Below are positions 1 to 6,556 of a DNA stretch of 39,889 nucleotides, in pieces. The stretch comes from Bacteriovoracia bacterium (GTDB lineage Bacteria; Bdellovibrionota; Bacteriovoracia; Bacteriovoracales; Bacteriovoracaceae), in assembly GCA_046569805.1 (NCBI GenBank), contig JBKHVY010000001.1:1-39889 (forward strand), in the 5' to 3' direction. Numbering within the stretch: position 1 is the stretch's first letter; every line of letters begins with the position of its first letter. Below the pieces are notes generated by a model, which made no database searches, was not told the DNA's origin, and saw only the letters and a program-made list of their open reading frames with translations. The position numbers and the translations under genes are program-made.

Positions 1-213
1 ACCTACGATAACAACCAGTGGTCTCGCCTTTGCTACCTCATGAAAACTCCGATGTGGTACTTCCGCCCTCTCGACATGCGTAATCGTGACGAGAAGGGGA
101 TTGATAAGAACAACTGGGTTCTTATGGAGCTCCAGGACTCGCGTCGCGCGTTCAAGGACGGCGCGGATGTTTACGAGGCTTTGGATACCGGTCGCCGGAC
201 AGTGACACACTAA
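1..213 (+). CDS. C-terminal fragment of a hypothetical protein (5' end outside window)
   Basis: Frame 1 is open from the window edge to TAA at 211-213 (...MELQDSRRAFKDGADVYEALDTGRRTVTH*). Codon style matches the neighbouring genes. I recognise no motif. Confidence 0.4.
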   Translation, partial: TYDNNQWSRLCYLMKTPMWYFRPLDMRNRDEKGIDKNNWVLMELQDSRRAFKDGADVYEALDTGRRTVTH

Positions 214-226
214 TTACGAGGAAAAT

Positions 227-652
227 ATGAAAACACTTATTATCGCTCTCGCACTGATTAGCACCGCTGCTTCCGCCAATATGATCACTGGCCAGGTGGT
301 CCTCAAAGGAACAGCGCGCACCAAGATGATGTACCAAGGCGTCGAAGTGAACTGCCGGGTCAAGGTCGACGAGGTGAAAAACAATCTCGTGGAAGATAGC
401 TTCGGAAACCCGGCCTACTACGTCTGGACAAAAGTTGAGTTATCGAGTTCGCTGTCGGCAACGACGCCGATCAATCACTCCGCTGATATTCGCTTCACGA
501 ACATCCACAAGACTGAAACTGGTACTCTCGTGAGCGACACGCTCTACGTCGGTGAAGATGCTCCCAAAGCACGTTTAAACGTCGACGCTCGCGGCCGCAT
601 CAAGCAAGCGGTGTTCCCAGTAGGGGCAAACCTCGTCACCTGCAACTTCTAG
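227..652 (+). CDS. small secreted protein, unknown function
   Basis: 141-aa ORF with an N-terminal signal peptide (MKTLIIALALISTAASA|N) and a GAGGA-like SD at about 218-222. It is followed by a strong terminator. No family recognised. Confidence 0.6.
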   Translation: MKTLIIALALISTAASANMITGQVVLKGTARTKMMYQGVEVNCRVKVDEVKNNLVEDSFGNPAYYVWTKVELSSSLSATTPINHSADIRFTNIHKTETGTLVSDTLYVGEDAPKARLNVDARGRIKQAVFPVGANLVTCNF

Positions 653-660
653 TCTCTGAC

Positions 661-698
661 TGTACCGCTCGTCCATGTGACGGGCGGTACATTTTTTT
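661..698 (+). terminator. rho-independent terminator
   Basis: 12-bp stem gtaccgctcgtc/gacgggcggtac with one G-U pair, a 5-nt loop (catgt), then aTTTTTTT. It lies directly after the 227-652 stop. Confidence 0.75.
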
Positions 699-703
699 AT
701 CTC

Positions 704-731
704 TTGGTTCCTACGCGAGAACCGCTATAAT
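704..731 (+). promoter_or_regulatory. putative sigma70-type promoter for the exbB/exbD-like genes
   Basis: TTGGTT (704-709), 16-nt spacer, TATAAT (726-731), about 45 nt upstream of the ATG at 777. A GGAAGGGGA SD precedes the ATG. Pattern match only. Confidence 0.4.
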
Positions 732-776
732 CAAAGCAATACCTTAATTGTTCATTCCACGGAAGGGGATAACGAT

Positions 777-1412
777 ATGTCGTTTTTGCAGTCAGCAATC
801 CAATTTGTCATTGATGGTGGTTTCTTCATGTACGTCATCCTCGGCTGCTTCGCCGTAGGTTTTGCGTTCGCCTTCGAGCGACTCAAGAAGCTCTCGGCGA
901 TGGACGTCGACGGGCCCTCTTTCATGAACGAACTCCAGCGCTACGTTCTCTCGAACGACATCCAAGGTGCGATCCGCGTTTGCTCTGGATCACAGGGCGC
1001 ACTTCCGAAAGTTCTTAAGAGTGGCCTCAAGCGCGCCAACCAAGGCCCTGAGCAAATTCAAAACGCCATTGATGCAACAGCTCTGGAAGTGATCCCAAAA
1101 CTCGAACAACGTCTCCCGTACCTGAGCCTCGTCGCAAACCTCTCGACGCTCTTCGGCCTCCTCGGGACGATCCAAGGTCTGATTCAATCCTTCGCGGCAA
1201 TCTCCGCTGCGGACCCAAGCCAGAAAGCTGAAGTTCTCTCGAGCGGTATTGCCATCGCCATGTACACCACGGCAATGGGCCTCGGTTCCGCCATCATCAT
1301 CATGATCTTCCATGCTGTGCTTTCAGCAAAAGCCGAGAAGATCGTCGGTGAGATCGACGAATACTCGGTCAAGATGCTCGACCTGATCGGAACGAAGAAA
1401 GTCGAGGACTAA
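777..1412 (+). CDS. MotA/TolQ/ExbB-family proton-channel protein (AglR-like candidate)
   Basis: 211 aa with three hydrophobic helices. The conserved C-terminal half (LSTLFGLLGTIQGLI...IAIAMYTTAMGLGSAIIIMIFHAVL) is typical of ExbB/TolQ. It is followed by two ExbD-type genes. Confidence 0.85.
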   Translation: MSFLQSAIQFVIDGGFFMYVILGCFAVGFAFAFERLKKLSAMDVDGPSFMNELQRYVLSNDIQGAIRVCSGSQGALPKVLKSGLKRANQGPEQIQNAIDATALEVIPKLEQRLPYLSLVANLSTLFGLLGTIQGLIQSFAAISAADPSQKAEVLSSGIAIAMYTTAMGLGSAIIIMIFHAVLSAKAEKIVGEIDEYSVKMLDLIGTKKVED

Positions 1413-1416
1413 TACC

Positions 1417-1944
1417 GTGAAACTTCCGAGCAGCAGACGGAAAAAGAAGCCACAAGAAAAGTTGAACCTCGTCCCGATCATGGACGCGGTCTTCATCTTC
1501 ATTTTTTTCCTTCTCATGTCCGCACAGTTCCTTCAGGTCATGGAAATTGGCTCGGATGTACCAATCATCTCCTCGGCGGAACCGCCGAAGCCCGACAAGG
1601 ACCCCCTGGCGCTCCAGCTGCGGATAGAAGAGAAATCCCTCGTTCTTCTCAAAGGGTTGAACGCGCAGGTCGTCGGCAAGTACGACCGCCGCGCCGACGG
1701 GTCCTACGACCTCGAAACGCTGCATCAAAAGCTCATCGAACTCAAGAAAACGAAAGTCGAAGAAGAGAGCATCATCCTGCAGCCCGAATGGGACATTAGC
1801 TACGAAGAGATCATTAAGATCATGGACGCCGTCCGACTTCTCAACAACACCGACGAAGCCATTTTCAAGAAAGGCAAAGACGGTCTAGATGAGAAAGTAA
1901 AAACACTCTTTGCCAAGATCATCTTTGGCAATCTCATGGGTTAA
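1417..1944 (+). CDS. ExbD/TolR-family biopolymer transport protein (AglQ/S-like candidate)
   Basis: GTG start 5 nt after the exbB-like stop. Basic N-terminus, then LNLVPIMDAVFIFIFFLLM, a single TM helix carrying the conserved ExbD/TolR Asp. 175 aa. Confidence 0.85.
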   Translation: MKLPSSRRKKKPQEKLNLVPIMDAVFIFIFFLLMSAQFLQVMEIGSDVPIISSAEPPKPDKDPLALQLRIEEKSLVLLKGLNAQVVGKYDRRADGSYDLETLHQKLIELKKTKVEEESIILQPEWDISYEEIIKIMDAVRLLNNTDEAIFKKGKDGLDEKVKTLFAKIIFGNLMG

Positions 1945-1946
1945 TT

Positions 1947-2456
1947 ATGGGTTCAAGACGATTGCAGAGTAAGCGCCGGCGCTCAGGTCAAAAGACCTTC
2001 GACATCGACATCACGTCGCTCCTCGACATTCTCACGATCCTCCTCGTCTTTCTTATCCAGAGCTACAACGCCTCCGGCGTCATCATTAACGTCCCGGATG
2101 GAATCACCCTGCCCCGTTCGACGTCGACAAGCCAGAACACCTTCGGCGTGAATATCCAAGTCTCGGCTGACAAAATTTTCGTCGACGACAAGGAAGTCTT
2201 TAATACGGCGTCGATGCCCGAGCGCGTCTACGACAACGATGGCCGCCGGATCATCGCGCTCTACGACGAGCTCGTGAAGATCAAAGAGACCATCAAGCTC
2301 TCCGAGAAGACCTCTCCGAACGCGAATAAGTTCTCGGGGATCGCGAACTTAGTGATCGATAAGACTTTGAAGTACAGTTATGTGAAGAAGATCATGTTCA
2401 CTTGTGCTGACGCTGGTTTCAAGGAATTCAAGTTCGTCGTCCTCGCAGACAAGTAA
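1947..2456 (+). CDS. ExbD/TolR-family biopolymer transport protein, second paralog
   Basis: ATG 3 nt after the previous stop. RRRSGQKTFDIDITSLLDILTILLVFLI has a TM helix with the conserved Asp. 169 aa. The last base of its TAA stop (2454-2456) coincides with the first base of the IS inverted repeat. Confidence 0.85.
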   Translation: MGSRRLQSKRRRSGQKTFDIDITSLLDILTILLVFLIQSYNASGVIINVPDGITLPRSTSTSQNTFGVNIQVSADKIFVDDKEVFNTASMPERVYDNDGRRIIALYDELVKIKETIKLSEKTSPNANKFSGIANLVIDKTLKYSYVKKIMFTCADAGFKEFKFVVLADK

Positions 2457-2484
2457 TATAAACTGCCCTACCTAAATGGTGTTA
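2456..2484. repeat. terminal inverted repeat of the IS (end nearest the transposase stop)
   Basis: Exact reverse complement of 3474-3502. The transposase stop codon (2468-2470) lies inside it. Confidence 0.9.
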
Positions 2485-3472
2485 GCGCCGGGGGCAACAG
2501 TCTTTGGTTATAAAACCAAATAAAAATCTCTAAGTGATCTCGGAGCTTCTCAAGACTTTTGCTGGTATTCCAGGTCCTGCGATTCAAGCGATTTATGTTC
2601 GCCCGGAGCATGGCGCACGAATGGTTCACGGTGAAGATCGGATCGAATCCTCCTTTCTTAAGTTCGCCTTGTCCCGCGACTGTCGCGCGCTCGCTCCGAA
2701 ACGTCCTGTGACGAGCTCTCGGTAAGTACTTTCGAATCACTTGTCCATAGCGCTGATGCTCATCACTTTTGACTAAGACCTCAGGGTGAGCAATTTTCGA
2801 AAAGACTTGAAACAGGCGCTCTAGGCCCTGTGGATGTTCGTCATCCCGCTTACCGTATTTCTTTACGGCCACCTTCGCCAAATGCCCAAACGCTGGGATT
2901 CGTGAGACTTCGACCGCCAAGATTCGACGAGTGCCGGCCTCAACGAGCATCGAAATCGAGACTGGTTTGAGCTTCGAATTCTCCTTCGTGATTAAGTCAT
3001 CTAGTTGAACTTCAAGTATTGTTCCCTTCCGACTTTCCAGGTACCGCTGATTTAGCCTGCGGTACTTATATCCAAACAAGGGCACACGCCTTTCAATAGT
3101 CCTTCGGCTAACTCCCAGTAGCCATGCAGACCTGCGCAGAGAATTATTTGATGCCAAGTATTTTGCCAGTAGCGAGTTTATGCGCCTCTTTTTTTGGTAA
3201 CGGAGCGGGCTCCGGGTGGCAGCGGAAAAGCGTTTACCACACGCTCGGCAACGAAAGCGCTGGATGGTTTTTGAATCCTCTCGGCGCTTAAAGAAGCCAT
3301 CGCGGATGATATTTTTGGGGCAGTCGATACGAGTATTGGGGCAAGTGTGTTTCATGGGCCCCATCAATGCAAAATGGAGCCCATTCAATTTTTTTCTAAG
3401 ACTATGTTTTTTGGAGAATTGTGCGCGGAGCGAAAGAAGTTTTTCCAATAAACCAGAAAAAACTTCAATCAC
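2468..3472 (-). CDS. IS1-family-like transposase (zinc-finger + HTH + DDE-type domain)
   Basis: The N-terminus has a CX6C...CX2C zinc ribbon (CPNTRIDCPKN...RFRCRACGKRFS), followed by an HTH-like segment (LRRSAWLLGVSRRTIERR). The catalytic region includes VQLDDL and VKSDEHQRY. The C-terminal FTVNHSCAMLRANINRLNRRTWNTSKSLEKL resembles IS1 InsB ...[25 protein letters not shown] as I recall it. The ORF-track start at 3472 is a GTG. The real start is more likely ATG at 3364 or 3355 (MGPMKHTCP...). Confidence 0.8.
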   Translation of the reverse strand: MIEVFSGLLEKLLSLRAQFSKKHSLRKKLNGLHFALMGPMKHTCPNTRIDCPKNIIRDGFFKRREDSKTIQRFRCRACGKRFSAATRSPLRYQKKRRINSLLAKYLASNNSLRRSAWLLGVSRRTIERRVPLFGYKYRRLNQRYLESRKGTILEVQLDDLITKENSKLKPVSISMLVEAGTRRILAVEVSRIPAFGHLAKVAVKKYGKRDDEHPQGLERLFQVFSKIAHPEVLVKSDEHQRYGQVIRKYLPRARHRTFRSERATVAGQGELKKGGFDPIFTVNHSCAMLRANINRLNRRTWNTSKSLEKLRDHLEIFIWFYNQRLLPPALTPFR

Positions 3473-3473
3473 A

Positions 3474-3502
3474 TAACACCATTTAGGTAGGGCAGTTTAT
3501 AT
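3474..3502. repeat. terminal inverted repeat of the IS (end nearest the transposase start)
   Basis: Exact reverse complement of 2456-2484. It contains the stop codon (3497-3499, minus strand) of the neighbouring FHA/TonB_C gene. Confidence 0.9.
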
Positions 3503-5383
3503 GCGCTTGGGATAGAAGTTCATCGGCTGCTTCACCTCAACCGTACCTCCACCCATCGGCTCCGGGAACTGGATCCCACGAAGAACATCCACCACACACT
3601 TCTTCACTTGCCCAGGTAAAGAGGATGCATCATCAATCCCCGCCTGCGCGACGTTACCAGAAGCCCCGATCACGAAGTTAAGCTTAATCACGCCTTGCAG
3701 TTCTGCGCCGGAGCGTTCGAGTTCGGATTGGTAGCAGTAGCGGAACTTCGGAAGATTATCCATGAGGATGCGGCGAATGACGTCGGGATCCATAGAGCCC
3801 AAAACAACTGTTTCTGCTGGAATACCAGCAGTAAAGATGGCACGCTTCGCCGATAACCCTTCAGCACCTTTCGATGTTCCAATGACTCCAGTCGTTGCAC
3901 CGGTCAGACTTCCACCTCCGGCCGTGACGCTGGCTTTCTGAAGTTCTGTGCCGGAGCCAGATCCCGTTGCGACACCAGTTCCGAAATCAGTGCCCGAACC
4001 TGTGGCGGTTTTAGTGGTTGCTCCACTGAGAGAGCCGCCCTTCGCAAGCATAGTGTTTACGGTGCTCGAGAAATCTGCTGACTTGTATACGTCAACGGGA
4101 CCACGCGTAGTCGCTTCGTACTGTGACTTCACAGTCACGGCCTTCGCCGTGACTGTTTTGGCCGGAGATCCCGCGCCTGCGGTCGCTGGCTTGGGAGTCG
4201 TTAACTTTTTCACGACCACTTTCGGTGGAGCTTTCTGTGGCTGCGGCTTCTCTTTGGGAGTGCTCTCAACGGTCTTATTGGTGTTCACCATGAGCTTCTG
4301 TTTATAGAGGATCGTGGCGAGTCGCTCCGGTGCCTTTTCTTCTTCAATTTTTTCCGCATCCTCGAAGTTCGCGAACTGAATACCTGCGCTAAAAACAACG
4401 AAAAAAAGGAGGAACAACAAGAGGTACTTTCGCATCATCGGGTCACGCTGGATTAACGGGGCGGGGGCGACCGACGGTGGGGCTTCAACGTTCCGTACGT
4501 AGATCTGGATGTCACCCTTATGGAAACGAAGGATGTCCTGCGGTTTAATTTCAACCGGAGCTCCGCCTTGGTTCACGGACTTCGATTGATTTTCACTCAA
4601 ATGGAGAACTTCATATCCGGGAAGCTTGTGGACTGAGGCCTGGCCACCGCGCATTTCTACGAAAGGGATTTTTTCAGTTTTCCCAAGATATGGAAACTCG
4701 AGGTCTTTGCCTGACGGTTTGAAACCCGCGAGGTGATAAACCCCGTCCGCATCGGGAAGATAGTCCACTGCAAAGACCCGGTCTTTAAAAAGGACGATAA
4801 CTTCCACCGCTTGCTTCGACGTTTCATAGCGAAAAATGGGATAGAGCGTTTCTACGTCTTCGAAGATATACTCACTCTGATCAGCCTTCGGGTCTGCTGC
4901 GAGCGGGTAGACGATGTAAGGAATATTTGATGTCGCCACCTTCGGTGCAACAGGTGGCTTCTTCCCTTCCGTAGAGTCCTTGGGGATCTTAGGCGGAAGT
5001 TTCACTGAAGCCTCACCAGAGGCTGGTTCAAGCGCATTCAAAACAGGAGGTAGGCTCTCCTCCGGTCTGTAGGCAATGAGCGAGAGGTCAATCTCTGCGA
5101 GAGAGAAACTATCACCCGGTCGAAGGTCAGCGACCACAATCTTCTTTCCACCGACCCAGGTACCGTTGGTGGAGTTCATGTCGTAAATCTTTGCGCTGTC
5201 ACCGAACACTTCTATGACCGCGTGGATCGCCGAGATTGAGTCGCTGTCGATGATCACATCGCAGGATTCAGCGCGGCCTACAAGAAGACGGCCCTTTGCT
5301 ATCACGTCGCCCTCGACGCGAACACGTGAGTCCTTCGCCTTCACACGGAACATTAACGGATGACTGTTCTTTTGAATTTCCAC
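3497..5383 (-). CDS. FHA-domain / single-TM / TonB_C-like (AgmX/PglI-type) protein, GltG-like
   Basis: The N-terminus is an FHA domain (GRLLVGRAESCDVIIDSDSISAIHAVIEVFGDSAKIYDMNSTNGTWVGGKKI). A TM helix follows (YLLLFLLFFVVFSAGIQF), then Pro/Lys-rich and Gly/Thr/Ser-rich linkers. The C-terminal domain (VIRRILMDNLPKFRYCYQSEL...GVIKLNFVIGASGNV...VKKCVVDVLRGIQFPEP) looks like the AgmX/TonB C-terminal fold. 628 aa. Confidence 0.8.
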   Translation of the reverse strand: MEIQKNSHPLMFRVKAKDSRVRVEGDVIAKGRLLVGRAESCDVIIDSDSISAIHAVIEVFGDSAKIYDMNSTNGTWVGGKKIVVADLRPGDSFSLAEIDLSLIAYRPEESLPPVLNALEPASGEASVKLPPKIPKDSTEGKKPPVAPKVATSNIPYIVYPLAADPKADQSEYIFEDVETLYPIFRYETSKQAVEVIVLFKDRVFAVDYLPDADGVYHLAGFKPSGKDLEFPYLGKTEKIPFVEMRGGQASVHKLPGYEVLHLSENQSKSVNQGGAPVEIKPQDILRFHKGDIQIYVRNVEAPPSVAPAPLIQRDPMMRKYLLLFLLFFVVFSAGIQFANFEDAEKIEEEKAPERLATILYKQKLMVNTNKTVESTPKEKPQPQKAPPKVVVKKLTTPKPATAGAGSPAKTVTAKAVTVKSQYEATTRGPVDVYKSADFSSTVNTMLAKGGSLSGATTKTATGSGTDFGTGVATGSGSGTELQKASVTAGGGSLTGATTGVIGTSKGAEGLSAKRAIFTAGIPAETVVLGSMDPDVIRRILMDNLPKFRYCYQSELERSGAELQGVIKLNFVIGASGNVAQAGIDDASSLPGQVKKCVVDVLRGIQFPEPMGGGTVEVKQPMNFYPKRI

Positions 5384-5397
5384 GCTTATTCCTTTGC

Positions 5398-5655
5398 TCA
5401 GCGAATGCCGCTAGCTGATTTACGCATTTGCTTTAAGAAGTCTTTTCTCTCTGGGAGTCGGTTTCCGTAGTCTTTGCGAGGAGTGGGTGCTACGGAAATA
5501 TCACCCGGAGCCCCAGACTGGCCCTCAACTCCGATCTCATCGAAATCAAATTTTTCGAATTTTTTATATTCGTAGATAACTTTTTTTTCTTTGCCTCTCT
5601 GTTGGGCAAAGCTAGACATCGAGAGAAGCAACATGGCCACTGTGATCCACTTCAT
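5398..5655 (-). CDS. small secreted protein, GltF-like by size and position
   Basis: The ORF-track entry is 5398..5667. I prefer ATG at 5655 (MKWITVAMLLLSMSSFAQQ signal peptide), preceded by a GGAGA SD at 5661-5665 and located just after the upstream stop at 5657-5659. About 85 aa. Assignment rests on position only. Confidence 0.6.
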   Translation of the reverse strand: MKWITVAMLLLSMSSFAQQRGKEKKVIYEYKKFEKFDFDEIGVEGQSGAPGDISVAPTPRKDYGNRLPERKDFLKQMRKSASGIR

Positions 5656-5656
5656 A

Positions 5657-6556
5657 CTAGTCTCCAATCACTTTTTTGAGAGCACTCAAGTAGCTCCGGG
5701 CCTCGCCGCTCGCACTCGTTGCTCCTAAGATCTTCCTTGCGTCATCGGTCTTACCAAGAGAATGCGCAACTAAAGCCATGTTGAGCCCCACGTCAGATCG
5801 CTCTCGAAGATTTGCTGGAATGAGAGAAAACTGTGCCCAGGAATCCTGCCAGCGCCCTTGAAGGGCAAGCGAGTTCGCGTATCCGATGCGAAGCTCAACA
5901 TCCTTCGGAGCATCGTTGAGAAGTCCCTGGAACAAGTTCGATGATTCGTCCGCAAGGCCAAACTTGAGCAACAGGAAGGCAAGATTATAGCGTGGCGTGC
6001 GCGTGAACTTACCATTGCTCAGAGCTCTCCGGATCGCCACTTGCGCCTTCTGGTCCTGAGCTGATTTCGAATAAATGACACCGATGTTATTGAGCGCAGG
6101 GACGTAGTTCGGCTTAACTTCAAGTGCCTTATTATAGAAAAGAAGCGCCTTGCGTTCGTTTCCTTGGAGAAGGTGGCAAGTAGCCACCTGATTCCAGTAC
6201 GAAGGTAACTTCATGTGGGTATCAAAGATCGATTCTGCAATCGCAAAAGCGCGGTTAAAGTCCTTGGCATAACAGCTCGTCATCATCACGGTAAGCGGGT
6301 CCTTGCCCGCGAGCAACTCTTTCAGCTCCGAAGGGTCCGCCTTGTCTGCCGATTCAGTGATGAGAACGTTTTTCGACTCCTGCTTCACCGGGTAATAGTC
6401 CTGAGATGCTGTGTAGGAGATAGCGTTCTTCTTCGCGAAGTCTTTGTTAGTAACAGCGATCCCCGCTGCGGCATCAACTGGCTTATTATCAGTCTTTGTC
6501 GGAGCACCGGCGCACCCAACCAAAGCAATGAAAATGAAGAAAAGTAGGTATTTCAC
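5657..6556 (-). CDS. TPR-repeat lipoprotein, GltE/AglT-like candidate
   Basis: GTG start overlaps the upstream TGA (GTGA). Lipobox in MKYLLFFIFIALVGC|AG. TPR-like repeats (ALLFYNKALEVKPNYVPALNNIGVIY..., RIGYANSLALQGRWQDS...). 299 aa. Confidence 0.75.
   Translation of the reverse strand: MKYLLFFIFIALVGCAGAPTKTDNKPVDAAAGIAVTNKDFAKKNAISYTASQDYYPVKQESKNVLITESADKADPSELKELLAGKDPLTVMMTSCYAKDFNRAFAIAESIFDTHMKLPSYWNQVATCHLLQGNERKALLFYNKALEVKPNYVPALNNIGVIYSKSAQDQKAQVAIRRALSNGKFTRTPRYNLAFLLLKFGLADESSNLFQGLLNDAPKDVELRIGYANSLALQGRWQDSWAQFSLIPANLRERSDVGLNMALVAHSLGKTDDARKILGATSASGEARSYLSALKKVIGD

Larger units (their letters stand above)
2456..3502 (-). mobile_element. IS1-family-like insertion sequence (IS1/IS1595 superfamily), single-ORF, apparently intact
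   Basis: Bounded by perfect 29-bp inverted repeats, ATATAAACTGCCCTACCTAAATGGTGTTA at 2456-2484 and its reverse complement at 3474-3502. These enclose one transposase ORF. The outer ATAT is palindromic, so it could be a 4-bp duplication rather than part of the IR. The element looks AT-richer than its flanks by eye. Confidence 0.85.

Noticed and set aside
777-2456. The ExbB/ExbD/ExbD genes considered as a Tol-Pal locus.
   Set aside because: No tolA, tolB, pal or ybgF follow, and there are two ExbD-type genes rather than one TolR. A conventional TonB-ExbBD uptake system cannot be excluded from sequence inspection alone and is kept as the alternative to the AglRQS-like reading.
2534-3476. Plus-strand ORFs 2534..2725 and 3216..3476 inside the IS, considered as possible insA-like small ORFs.
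   Set aside because: They are antisense to the continuous transposase ORF and have no zinc-finger or HTH features. The zinc-finger and HTH are encoded in the N-terminus of the minus-strand ORF itself.
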